NCBI GenBank assembly: GCA_016699975.1
Contig: CP064994.1
Span: forward strand, 193,222 to 257,221
DNA length: 64,000 nucleotides
Direction of reading: 5' to 3'
Source: Candidatus Moraniibacteriota bacterium
GTDB lineage: Bacteria; Patescibacteriota; Minisyncoccia; Moranbacterales; UBA1568
The notes below the pieces were generated by a model that was given only the letters and a program-made list of their open reading frames with translations, did no database searches and was not told the origin of the DNA. Shown here in pieces: positions 11,801 to 20,826 of this stretch. The first letter of the stretch is position 1. Each line of letters begins with the position of its first letter. The position numbers and the translations under genes are program-made.

Positions 11801-12395
11801 CGGAACCTTTTCGGGACCGCAGGGAATTCTTCCTCTTCGAAATGAAGCGAAGTATCAAGTTGTGTGCCGGAATGCCTCGCTCCCGGGGATACGAGCCGTC
11901 TCACCGCCCATCTCAATTGATGTCGGGAAACTCCTCCTGTGTCCCGCGACTCCTCCTGCGAATCGCGTGAGTGTGGGAGACACGATTCAGCTCAGTGCTC
12001 ATTACACAACAGATCCCTCTGCTACTTGTTTGTCGGGAGATCGGGGAGTCGATGTTACGAGCGGAGCGACATGGGAAGTGATGTCCGGAAATGAACGGCT
12101 TTCTCTCGAAGCACAAAAAGGTCTTTTTCGCGGCGTTCGCGTGGGAATCGCTCGGGTAAGGGTGAGCTATCTTCCAACTGTTGCCGTAGAAACATTCCGA
12201 TCAGAAGCGGATATATTGGTTTTCGAGTCGCGCGAATGCTATCGCTGTGATTCGGAGACATCTCGCTGTGGTGCGTTTTGGAATCCGAGTACCGATACTC
12301 CGCCCACCTGCCCCACTGAACCGGACGTTTTTAGTTCGCTCTCACTGTGCCGTGTTTCTTGCTTTAAGGATCGCTGGGAGGAAGTTGCGCCTTGA
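8856..12395 (+). CDS. Large secreted protein with about 10 tandem ~90-aa Ig-like repeats, each with a conserved Cys pair, plus a C-terminal Big_2-like domain and a Cys-rich tail
   Basis: Signal peptide MNQCRLFRGWFWRGVLLATFFGTSFSCAFA; repeat consensus TLxWxSxxAxxCxASxxWSGxxxxxGxxSTGxLxxxxxYxLxCxGxGG recurs throughout; ORF 8742..12395 with the likely start at 8856. Confidence 0.8.
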   Translation: MNQCRLFRGWFWRGVLLATFFGTSFSCAFAANEQTVRVIGGPVSLSELWGGALNTGSLAEWGQGIALHRMETDRENLTLLSGGTLSFSFAPDKPTAFLRGGIFSGTTVVGSWAESLERRDVCDATPANFSAGEKEYSFALCGKKPSVSLQSSDENIVSCSGMSCVAHQTGSVRITATIAPTQTVLWAKQNTETNWQRAGTVTLSEGVLSWPVSVASPPTLSFSMKETNPLPFGSSATLVWSAENAVRCEASGAWQGTRELQSGGFSTGPIFARRDYGLRCWGSGDDTVEKTVSVLVGSPTRGPVVTLTAGSTLIPYGSDTILSWSSENADVCQATGAWVNPGPGTRAPTGSQSTGNLRSDKTYIIECYGSGGSQAKQITVHVIPPSSKPSIQTFSASPVSVVYNKSTTLSWTTQSAASCRAYADPVRSDWDGTRNIEGKETISGLLGTTRFFLECTGAGGKVVKSVDVKVEPQDLPPPTLSFSADESALPYGGSTVLRWESRFADTCRASLDWSGEKERNGSFSQNIGPLSTSKRYQLFCENAAGSVTALVQVFVGDPTGQVRVSLSADQNKVSLGGRTTVRWTTENASTCILNKYQSGTSQIVSRELVGSASTGTLTSSIYYTLTCSNKLGIASASEPVVINLSPGGTFSARPLISFQRDAGYISYNTPTTLRWKAEYADFCEASSNADTPLENWNGRKDISGVSSTGNLIGTTRFTLTCHGSGGTSSASVTATVGDPSQTGPSLKFWADSFTVNPGESTTLRWESTDATRCSASAGWSGSKGTNSGQVYAEKTRNLTETTTFLLSCSSPGGGVSLSVTIFVGSSVVAPSLSLWADAAVVNPGESTILRWSSSSATSCRAFSDPESPLWSGEMSFAGARRTGPLTGDPAAVPPRLTQTYRLVCEGPGGEVSTQTTIGIGVASGIGPEITNFSADAFVIPFDTAPTLRLSSNNADACCLTTDTPDACWDSTRTQWMELPSTNGTFSGPQGILPLRNEAKYQVVCRNASLPGIRAVSPPISIDVGKLLLCPATPPANRVSVGDTIQLSAHYTTDPSATCLSGDRGVDVTSGATWEVMSGNERLSLEAQKGLFRGVRVGIARVRVSYLPTVAVETFRSEADILVFESRECYRCDSETSRCGAFWNPSTDTPPTCPTEPDVFSSLSLCRVSCFKDRWEEVAP

Positions 12396-12488
12396 GTTGC
12401 ACTCATTTTCACTGTGTTTACTCCGTATCGCGTGCGTATTTGAGAGGCTTTACAAAAAGGTGTAAGGAATTCTATACTGGAGCTTCAG

Positions 12489-12559
12489 GCGAGAGTAGTA
12501 CAATGGTAGTACACTAGCCTTCCAAGCTAGGTACGCGGGTTCGATTCCCGTCTCTCGCT
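12489..12559 (+). tRNA. tRNA-Gly (anticodon TCC)
   Basis: Acceptor GCGAGAG/CTCTCGC, anticodon loop CTTCCAA, T-loop TTCGATT, U73. Confidence 0.85.
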
Positions 12560-12606
12560 CACGATTTTAGACACGTGCGATCGGCTTTTTCTCCTCATTC
12601 ATTTGT

Positions 12607-12636
12607 GAAAAACAGGATCATTGATCCTGTTTTTTG
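12607..12636 (+). terminator. Rho-independent terminator after tRNA-Gly
   Basis: aacaggatc-att-gatcctgtt hairpin followed by tttttt. Confidence 0.7.
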
Positions 12637-12875
12637 CTTTCAACAGAGAACTTTCTGAAGTTGGACTCATGGTATTTCTCTATCAATCAAAGAGAGATAT
12701 TAAAATTATTATCGAAGAGCTGAGATAGTATTCCAGCGCGCGCTTCTCCCCATTTCCTTTTAAAAAGTAAAAAGAGGAAAAAATTTTTTCTCACTTTTCG
12801 AGAGAATCCGCAGAGCAATTTTTTCCTTTCGAAAGAGGAGTTCGACGAAAGAAGACTTTTTGCTATAGTAGGGAC

Positions 12876-14615
12876 ATGAGTATTTCACCAAATCTTATTC
12901 ACGACAAACAAAAGTCGCGTGCTCGCGAAATAGACTTGGTTACCAAAGAGGTGGACGGGTGGTGGGGACGCAGATTCGTTTCTATACGGCGCATGCGGGT
13001 AAACACCTGGAAGGGGGCGCTTCTTCTTTCTTTTGTGGGAGGGGTAATTGCTGGATGTGTCTGGATTGTTTCTCTCGGAGGAGAGCCAGAGTCCTATGCA
13101 AAAGTGGAGCGGGTGGAACCCGAAAAAACACTTCAAGAAGTGATGCGTCTTCGTGGCTGTATTGCTGACGGTCTTCTTTCAGGATATGGGGGAGACACTC
13201 AGTCTTCGATCGATCTCATTAATCGTTCAGAATGTGTGTATTTGCATCGTGCGCTTGAATCGTGGCTCAATCCTCCGGACTTTGAACTCGCTCGTCGCAT
13301 ACAGGGGCACATCACGCGTCCTGTTGTATACGGAATGTTTCTTTCCGAAGCACTCAATACCGAAGCGGAATACTACTCTTCTACCGAGAACCGTGTTCTT
13401 CGGTTTTCCGATATGTGTGAGCCCGGCAGTCAAGGATTTTGGGGCGAACGTACTTGCAAGGCTTCCCTCAATACGCAGGAATATAAGGCGTATGTGAATG
13501 ATATTACGCGAAAGGCAATGGACATGGGTATTCAGAGTTTTCTCTTCGGGCAAATTTCTTTTCAAGATCCCAAAGGGACGCAGGCCCGAGAGGTGTTGGA
13601 AGAGATGCGTCTCTATGCCGCTCAAAAAGATCAAGAGATAGCGATTGGCGCCCAGACAAATACCATCACCGATAAAGATTACCTTGGTTTGTTCGACTAC
13701 ATAGAAGGAGGCGTCGGCGTTTCGGCGGAAGGAGAAGTAGAAGAAAAGCCCTGTGCTTCACGATACGAAAAGGCAGGATGCTGTTGGGCGCTTCTCTGGC
13801 ACCGAAAATATGCGACGCGCGCCAACATGGTTCTTCTCCATTTGGATTGGAGCGGAATAGAAGGGGATGATATGGCGGTCTTTGCTCGAATGGATGCGGA
13901 GACTCGCGCTCGGACGCTTACTCTCCTTCAAAAGAAATTCAATACCGAACAGGGAAAGACGGGATTTCTTTTTCCTTTTCTCGCGACGCTCTACGAGAAG
14001 AACGATGGCTGTTACGGCGCAAAAAAAAGTTTTTACTCGCCCGACAATCGGTACTCATGTAAAGACGAAGACGTCATGAATTCACTCCTTCGTCTGACAT
14101 CTCTTCCAGAAAATTTCGCAAAGAAAGCCGCGTCTTTTTCTCCGGCACCTCTTCCTCTGCCTCAAAAAGAGGCGGGTTCGATCGCTGAGTCGGGAAAGCG
14201 AGAGGAAAAAAACAATGCCGAGTTTGACGGACAAGACGTTCCTGATACCATGATCGCTGGAAAATCGTACACGGTTTCCGTTTCGATGAAGAATACCGGA
14301 ACAACTGAATGGTCAGATAAAGAAGGGTATCGCCTGGGATCACAAAATCCGCAGGACAATACGACGTGGGGCGGACGAGTTTTTCTGGATCCCAACAAAA
14401 CAACGGAGCCCAAGGAGACGCGGACCTTCACTTTTTCGGTGACTGCTCCCGAGAAACCGGGGCGTTACGAGTTTGAGTGGCGTATGCTCCGCGAAGGAGA
14501 GGCCTGGTTTGGAGAGTCTTCTCGAAACAAAACAATTACGGTCGAAGAGCGTCAAGAAGAGCCAATACCTTCGATGACGCACTCTCTTCCATCGCCGCCT
14601 CCATCAAGCTCATGA
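12876..14615 (+). CDS. Hypothetical membrane-anchored protein (579 aa) with a Pro/Ser-rich C-terminal tail
   Basis: Long ORF with TM helix GALLLSFVGGVIAGCVWIVSLGG; no recognised domain. Confidence 0.55.
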   Translation: MSISPNLIHDKQKSRAREIDLVTKEVDGWWGRRFVSIRRMRVNTWKGALLLSFVGGVIAGCVWIVSLGGEPESYAKVERVEPEKTLQEVMRLRGCIADGLLSGYGGDTQSSIDLINRSECVYLHRALESWLNPPDFELARRIQGHITRPVVYGMFLSEALNTEAEYYSSTENRVLRFSDMCEPGSQGFWGERTCKASLNTQEYKAYVNDITRKAMDMGIQSFLFGQISFQDPKGTQAREVLEEMRLYAAQKDQEIAIGAQTNTITDKDYLGLFDYIEGGVGVSAEGEVEEKPCASRYEKAGCCWALLWHRKYATRANMVLLHLDWSGIEGDDMAVFARMDAETRARTLTLLQKKFNTEQGKTGFLFPFLATLYEKNDGCYGAKKSFYSPDNRYSCKDEDVMNSLLRLTSLPENFAKKAASFSPAPLPLPQKEAGSIAESGKREEKNNAEFDGQDVPDTMIAGKSYTVSVSMKNTGTTEWSDKEGYRLGSQNPQDNTTWGGRVFLDPNKTTEPKETRTFTFSVTAPEKPGRYEFEWRMLREGEAWFGESSRNKTITVEERQEEPIPSMTHSLPSPPPSSS

Positions 14616-14696
14616 TTTTCCCTCTTTCCTTATCGAAATGTTGAGAGAAGCGTGATTTTTTCGAAAATTTCATCATTGGTATTGTTGCGCAAAAAA

Positions 14697-14724
14697 ATCT
14701 CCCGGGAAGTGGGAGATTTTTTTT
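14697..14724 (+). terminator. Rho-independent terminator
   Basis: atctccc-gggaagt-gggagat followed by T8. Confidence 0.75.
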
Positions 14725-15057
14725 CGAAGGGACAATAGCTCTTAGATAAGTCCCGCTTGTCCGAAAAAGGTGAGGACGACGAGGGGCATGAGTGCCAAGA
14801 GAAATGCGAAGGAAAGTTCTTCATGCGATACCCTCGGCATTTCTTTTTGAGGGGAACATTCGCATCCTCCTTCATGTGTACACTGCGTACCCTTCTCTTC
14901 CTCACGCGAGACCATAGTGTGGTCCATAGGCGTTTCTTACTCAATTATACTGCTTTTTTTATTTGGGAGAACAAAAAAACGGACGCAGCCTTTGGGCCTC
15001 ACCCGTTCTTGATCTCCTCACTTCCTTACAAAAACAGTATACAGGATACGGGGTCGA

Positions 15058-17358
15058 ATGTCAACCTTGCCAAAAGTGAAAGGTGATGATACACTTTTGT
15101 GTTCTCGGTTTTTCGTTCGAATAACTATGCGCATTTCTTTTCGGGGGTATTTCCCGACTTTTTTTTGGTATATTCGCGAGGGGCTCTACTGGGGTTTTCT
15201 CGTTTTTCTTGGAAGTGTTCTGGGACTTGTCGGCATTTATTTTGCCGAGTCGACGGATGTGACAGAACTTCTCAATCGGAAACTTTCCGAGACCTCCGTT
15301 CTCTATGATCGAACCGGGACCGTCGTTTTGTATGAACTCCACGGTGAAGAGAATCGGACGATCGTACGCCACGAAGACATTCCCGATGTCATGCGACATG
15401 CCATTATCGCGGCCGAAGATAAAAGTTTCTACGATCACATGGGTATTGATCCTCCCTCGATTCTTCGTGCGGCGTGGAAAAATTTCCAGAGCGATCGCAT
15501 TGAGCAGGGTGCCTCGACCATCACGCAGCAGCTCGCAAGGATCGCGTTCCTTTCTCGAGAGAAAACGTTTATTCGGAAGATTCGCGAAGGAATTCTTGCT
15601 CTCAAAATTGAGCGGACCTTTTCCAAAGATGAAATTCTCGATCTCTATTTAAATACGGTGCCCTTTGGGTCGAACGCCTATGGCATTGAGCGCGCATCCC
15701 GATCTTTTTTTGGAAAATCGGCACAGGAGTTGACGCTCGACGAAGCAGCGCTTCTCGCAGCCCTTCCTCGGGCGACCGCGCATTATTCACCCTATGGTAA
15801 TAATCGGTCGGCGCTCCGCGCCAGGCAGCGCGCGATTCTCATTCATGTAGAAGAGTATGGACTGGCAACGCCGTTCGAGGTTCGAAGAGCGCTCAATGTT
15901 AACACGTTTGCAAAACTTCGCGAACCCGAATCGCCGATACGCGCTCCGCATTTTGTGTTTGCTGTGATTGATGAGCTCGAAAAGCAATACGGACGAGCGT
16001 TTTTGGAGACGCGCGGACTTTCCATTCGAACGACGCTTGACCTCGATCTTCAAAAAGATGCCGAAGAAGCGGTGAGGGCAGGAGTCGCGAGGAATGCTGC
16101 CTTCAATGCCGAAAACGCTGCACTTATCGCGACCGATGTGCACACGGGCGATGTACTCGCTCTGGTGGGAAGTCGCGATTATTTTGATACTCGGATTGAC
16201 GGACAAGTGAATGTGACACTTCGGCCTCGACAACCGGGATCATCATTTAAGCCGTTTGCATACGCGCGGGCGTTCGAAGAAGGCTATGAGCCAGAGACAA
16301 TGCTTTTTGACGTGCCCACAAACTTCGGTCCCGATGGATCCGGCAAGGACTACATTCCAAAAAATTATGACGGTCGGTACCGCGGCATGCTCCCGATGAA
16401 AGAAGCGCTGCCGCAGTCCCTCAATATTCCTGCGGTTCAAACGCTTTCGGTGGTCGGAGTGCCCGATGTAATTGAATTGGCAAGTCGTCTCGGTATTTCG
16501 ACGCTGCGTGACGGTCGACCCTATGGCCTCGCACTCGTTTTGGGCGGTGCGGAAGTGCTGCCGGCCGATATGGCGGAAGCATTCGGATCGTTCGCTTCTG
16601 AGGGAATACGCAGAGAGCGTCGCATGATTCTTTCGATTCACAGTCTGGACGGAACTATTCGCGAGGACTCTCCGGTACGAGAATACCGCGTATTGAATTC
16701 CGAAGTGGCAAGAAAGATCAATACCATTCTTTCGGACAACGCTCTTCGTGCGCGCATTTTTGGATACAATAGCCCGCTGAATTTTCCGAAAGGAACGGTG
16801 GCGGCAAAAACCGGAACAACCCAAAATTTTCATGACGCCTGGACGGTTGGGTACACGAAAGATATTGCTGTTGCGGTGTGGACGGGAAACAACGATAATC
16901 GTCCCATGAAAGCCGGTGCCGACGGAGTGTTTGTTGCGGCTCCTTTGTGGCGAGATTTTATGAACCGCGCTCTCCTTCATTTTCCCCCTTCTTCTTTTGC
17001 CCCGTATACAGTTGTAAAAACTGACCCATTTTCACTTGCCTCGCGATTTGGGAGAGGCACTTCTTTTGATACTTCCTTTTCGGACGATGGACTTATGCCG
17101 TGGGAGTATCCGGAAAAAGATCAAAGAAAAAGAAACGCTGAAACATGCGCAAAGAAACTTATCCGAAAGGAGTTTGAAACCATGGAGGAAACCAGGAAGA
17201 CTCTTTCCAAAAAAACACGAAGAAGAAAAGATATCGCTTTCGACCACATCCCTTATTTTCTTTTCCTTCATCGCCTGCTATTATCTTCGTATGGATTTTC
17301 TCTCTCTCGCACTCATCATACTGGGACTTTTCCTATTCGAAACGGTTTCGAGTATTGA
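15058..17358 (+). CDS. mrcA: Class A penicillin-binding protein (glycosyltransferase GT51 + transpeptidase)
   Basis: EDKSFYDHMGID (GT51), SSFKPF (SxxK), KTGTT; N-terminal TM; low-complexity C-terminal tail that overlaps the next gene. Confidence 0.9.
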   Translation: MSTLPKVKGDDTLLCSRFFVRITMRISFRGYFPTFFWYIREGLYWGFLVFLGSVLGLVGIYFAESTDVTELLNRKLSETSVLYDRTGTVVLYELHGEENRTIVRHEDIPDVMRHAIIAAEDKSFYDHMGIDPPSILRAAWKNFQSDRIEQGASTITQQLARIAFLSREKTFIRKIREGILALKIERTFSKDEILDLYLNTVPFGSNAYGIERASRSFFGKSAQELTLDEAALLAALPRATAHYSPYGNNRSALRARQRAILIHVEEYGLATPFEVRRALNVNTFAKLREPESPIRAPHFVFAVIDELEKQYGRAFLETRGLSIRTTLDLDLQKDAEEAVRAGVARNAAFNAENAALIATDVHTGDVLALVGSRDYFDTRIDGQVNVTLRPRQPGSSFKPFAYARAFEEGYEPETMLFDVPTNFGPDGSGKDYIPKNYDGRYRGMLPMKEALPQSLNIPAVQTLSVVGVPDVIELASRLGISTLRDGRPYGLALVLGGAEVLPADMAEAFGSFASEGIRRERRMILSIHSLDGTIREDSPVREYRVLNSEVARKINTILSDNALRARIFGYNSPLNFPKGTVAAKTGTTQNFHDAWTVGYTKDIAVAVWTGNNDNRPMKAGADGVFVAAPLWRDFMNRALLHFPPSSFAPYTVVKTDPFSLASRFGRGTSFDTSFSDDGLMPWEYPEKDQRKRNAETCAKKLIRKEFETMEETRKTLSKKTRRRKDIAFDHIPYFLFLHRLLLSSYGFSLSRTHHTGTFPIRNGFEY

Positions 17359-18218
17359 TAACGCGATTATAAATGCTCAGGTCCTCGGGACTATGGGCGA
17401 AAAAGCGCGCCGATGGTTCTTGACTTGGGGGCTTTTCTTTGCAGTATTTGTGGTGCGTGGGCTTTTGCCTTGGCTCATCGTTTGGCTGTCAGTTCCTGGG
17501 CTCGGTCCTGTGGAAGCCTTTACTTCAACGCTCTCAAGCGATCCCGCAGTCGTCGAGGCTGTAGAAAAAGCGGCGCCAATCCTCTTGATGGGAGGAGGTA
17601 TTTTTTGGTTTTCCTCTTTTTTCACTGGCTTTTTCTCGAGGAAAAAAATTCGGACTTATGGGCGAGCGCTTCTTTCTTTCGCAAGGCGTGTGGTTTTATG
17701 CTGTTGTTTCGATACTGCTTGCGACGGTTGTATGGTTTTCGATTGATATCAATCCTCTGGCCGCCTTTGGCGCGGTTGTTGGATCGACTGCTTTTTTTAT
17801 TACGCACGGCTTTAAGCAGCAGGCGGAAGAGAGTGAGCGCCGACTTCTCGATTCGAAACGGCCTCTTTCCGATATTAGTAAGCTCCTCTATCTGGAAGCG
17901 ATCGATACCACGTTTTCGATAGATGGAGTGCTTGGCGCATTTGCATTTACTTTTTCTGTGCCGCTTATCTTGCTGGGAAATAGCCTGGGAGCGCTCGCGG
18001 TTCGGCAATTCACTATCGGAAATATCGAACGCATTAAGCGTTACGCATATCTCAAAAACGGAGCGATGTATTCGGTTCTTTCTCTCGGAACCATCATGCT
18101 TCTCGAGGCTTTTGGAGTGCATGTGCCCCCGTTTGTTGCGCCGCTCATTACGTTTATCGTCGTTGGATATTTTTTCTGGAAATCACGGAAGGAATTTTCT
18201 CTGGAAAAAGCACAATAG
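17291..18218 (+). CDS. DUF475-family integral membrane protein, frame changed at the A7 run near 17641-17650
   Basis: Duplicated motifs ETVSSIDNAIINA and DTTFSIDGVLGAFA, as in the two-repeat DUF475 architecture; the two halves lie in ORFs 17036..17746 and 17658..18218. Confidence 0.7.
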
Positions 18219-18544
18219 AAAAGAAAAATATTCAGACACTTCTGTTCTTTTTTCTTTCAAAACTTTCAAAAACAGTGAGGTAACAGTGAGGTGAGACATG
18301 TGTGAGTATTCGAATTCGAAGTTGAAAATGTTAGGGAGAAAAGTTTGGTGTCTTCTTCTTACGGGGCACCGAAAGGAATGGAGTTGTCCCACAGTGGTAT
18401 GGGCAACCTTTTGTTCAAGAGAACAAGCAGGAGAACAAATCTTTGCTTGTTTATGGAAGTGCCCTTTTTGTGAGGGGAGTGGAGCTCGATATATTTCGAT
18501 CCCTTTCAAAAGAGGAGAGACAGTTTGTTTTTTTTGAGAGCGTT

Positions 18545-18591
18545 AAAAAATAATTCCCCTCGAACGAATTGTGTTCGAGGGGATTTCTTTT
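18545..18591. terminator. Bidirectional rho-independent terminator
   Basis: cccctcgaac...gttcgagggg hairpin flanked by an A-run on one side and a T-run on the other. Confidence 0.7.
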
Positions 18592-18844
18592 ATCGTATTT
18601 TCTGATTTCTTCTGCAGTAGTGTCTCCAGCAACTCAGACATCTTACGTGTTTCCCATTTTCTTGCTCACTTCCCCAAGCTCCTAATCCATCCTTTTCCAA
18701 GATATGCTCCATGAGCGCAGTAGCGAGCCGATCGGGGTCTCTTTTTTGTCCATTGGAGAACGATGAATCTATCATTTTTCTTGCGAGCAAGCATTGGAAC
18801 CTCTCCGAAATATGAAGAACAAATCCAGCAAATCTCGTTAACAT
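18590..18844 (-). CDS. Hypothetical small protein
   Basis: 84-aa ORF downstream of thrS. Confidence 0.3.
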   Translation of the reverse strand: MLTRFAGFVLHISERFQCLLARKMIDSSFSNGQKRDPDRLATALMEHILEKDGLGAWGSEQENGKHVRCLSCWRHYCRRNQKIR

Positions 18845-18966
18845 TTCTCTCTCCTTTTTCCTCGTTGTCTCAAGAATAGTCTTGAGACTTTATTTTTGCA
18901 AAAAGGAAGAAGTCATGCAAGGGGAGGATCTTTCGAGAATTGAGCTTCGTGATATCTCCTGAACGA

Positions 18967-20706
18967 TCATTTTCTCTCATCCCGCTCTTTTCGTATTCGC
19001 GATATGAATGATTCGAGAGAGAGGGTCGGGAGCTTTCCCTCGTCTCTCCTTTCGACGGATAGGGTTTTTTCAGCTTCCTCTTTTTTGCCGACCACGATCG
19101 TATAGGGAACTTTTTCGAGTTTTGTTTCGCGTATGCGTTTTCCCAAGCTCTCGTTCGTCTTTATTGAAACGCGGAAGTTTTCGTGTCGAAGTGCCTCGGC
19201 AATCGATGTCGCATAGGATATTTCCCCTTCACCGACTGGGAGAACAGTCACTTGGACCGGTGAAAGCCAGAGGGGGAAAGCGCCCGCATAGTGCTCGATC
19301 AGGGTTGCCATGCATCGCTCAATCGAACCCATAATGGCGCAGTGAATCATAACGATCGGCTCCTTTTCTCCGCGCTCATTGATGCAAGAGAGGCCGAAGC
19401 GGGCGGGTTGGTTGAAGTCGAGCTGAATCGTTGCAACCTGCAGCGTGCGTCCAAGAGAATCTTTGGCAATGAAATCGATTTTTGGTCCGTACATTGCTGC
19501 TTCGCCAAGACCATCGAGAAACGGGATATGGCGCGCATCGAGAATTTTTCGAATGGCATTTTCGGATTTTTCCCACACCTCTTTCGTGCCGAGGTATTTT
19601 TCGAAGGTCTCGGGGTTGTGACGAGAGAAGCGGACTGAGAGATCGAATCCAAAGGTTGAGTAAAATTCACTAATAATGTCCCATATGGAAAACACTTCTG
19701 TTTCGATCTGCGATTCGCGGCAAAAGACGTGCGCGTCATCTTGGGTGATCGCGAGGACGCGTGAAAGACCTGAGAGTTCGCCGGACTGCTCGTCGCGGTA
19801 GACCATGGTTGTTTCGGCATACCGAACTGGCATATCGCGATAGCTTTTTAAAGAAGCCGCGAAAATTTGCGCGTGGTGCGGGCAATTCATCGGCTTCAGG
19901 GCATACTCGTGTTTTTCGCGTGTGCTGACGCGAAACAATTCTTCGGAAAATTTGCTCCAGTGACCGGAAGTTTCGTACAGATCGCATTTGGTTATGTGTG
20001 GGATGGCGACGCGCTCGTAGTTCTTTGCCGCTCTCAGCTCTCGAACGTAGTTGTCGAGAAGATCTCGTATGATCGTTCCTTTGGGTGTAAAAAGCGGAAG
20101 CCCAGGCCCCACCAAATCCGAAAACACGAAGAGGCCAAGTTCCGCACCGAGCTTTCGATGATCGCGTTTTTTCGCTTCTTCTCTTTGCCACTCGTACTTT
20201 TCGAGCTCGGCTTTTGTTCGGAAGGCAACTCCAGTGATGCGGGTGAGTTGTGGTTTCGATTCATCGTTTTTCCAATAGGCTCCCGCGAGTCGGACGAGTT
20301 TGAAGGCATTGGGATCTATCTCTCGGGTGTTGGAAACATGTGGCCCTTCGCAGAGATCTGAGAAGGAGCCTGTAGTATAAATCGATATTGGCTCTTTGCG
20401 AGCCGTGATTTCTTGGATGAGTTCAAGTTTGTATGGCTGGTTCCTGAATCGTTTGCGTGCGTCCTCCGGAGTGATTTCCGTTCGCACGAAATCAATTTCC
20501 TTCTGAAGAAGTGCGCGCATTACTTGTTCGAGTTCGGACAGATCATTTTCGGAACAGGTTGTTCCCGGAGAAAATTCGATGTCATAGAAAAAACCGTTTT
20601 CGGTGGCGGGGCCTGTTCCGAGTTTCGCGCGAGGATCTTTGTGGAGAACGGCGCTTGCGAGAATATGCGCGAGCGAGTGACGAATGGATTCGAGAGGGGC
20701 GTCCAT
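18967..20706 (-). CDS. thrS: Threonyl-tRNA synthetase
   Basis: HSLAHILASAV second-additional-domain motif, class II core motifs, C-terminal anticodon-binding domain. Confidence 0.92.
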   Translation of the reverse strand: MDAPLESIRHSLAHILASAVLHKDPRAKLGTGPATENGFFYDIEFSPGTTCSENDLSELEQVMRALLQKEIDFVRTEITPEDARKRFRNQPYKLELIQEITARKEPISIYTTGSFSDLCEGPHVSNTREIDPNAFKLVRLAGAYWKNDESKPQLTRITGVAFRTKAELEKYEWQREEAKKRDHRKLGAELGLFVFSDLVGPGLPLFTPKGTIIRDLLDNYVRELRAAKNYERVAIPHITKCDLYETSGHWSKFSEELFRVSTREKHEYALKPMNCPHHAQIFAASLKSYRDMPVRYAETTMVYRDEQSGELSGLSRVLAITQDDAHVFCRESQIETEVFSIWDIISEFYSTFGFDLSVRFSRHNPETFEKYLGTKEVWEKSENAIRKILDARHIPFLDGLGEAAMYGPKIDFIAKDSLGRTLQVATIQLDFNQPARFGLSCINERGEKEPIVMIHCAIMGSIERCMATLIEHYAGAFPLWLSPVQVTVLPVGEGEISYATSIAEALRHENFRVSIKTNESLGKRIRETKLEKVPYTIVVGKKEEAEKTLSVERRDEGKLPTLSLESFISRIRKERDERK

Positions 20707-20744
20707 AGAAATATTTCTGAGGGTTATCGCCTGTATAGTTCCAT

Positions 20745-20800
20745 ATTTCGAATCGAAAGAAAAGACCCATCTCTTCGAAAGAAGAAAAAGAGATGGGTCT
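20745..20800 (-). terminator. Rho-independent terminator for the DUF4012 gene
   Basis: agacccatctctt...aagagatgggtct hairpin with a T-run on the minus strand. Confidence 0.7.
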
Positions 20801-20826
20801 TTCCTTCCGTGCTTGTTCGAAGGAAA

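Noticed and set aside
9000-12300. Many 60-160-aa ORFs on both strands within the 1180-aa repeat-protein gene
   Set aside because: All are embedded in one continuous, periodic, signal-peptide-led ORF. They are shadows of the coding frame.
20582-20826. 3' 245 nt of the track ORF 20582..22231 as the real C-terminus of the DUF4012 protein
   Set aside because: It reads through a clear terminator hairpin (20763-20800) and 125 nt into thrS, and translates to R/S-rich junk. An alternative frame gives a protein-like C-terminus ending at 20827.
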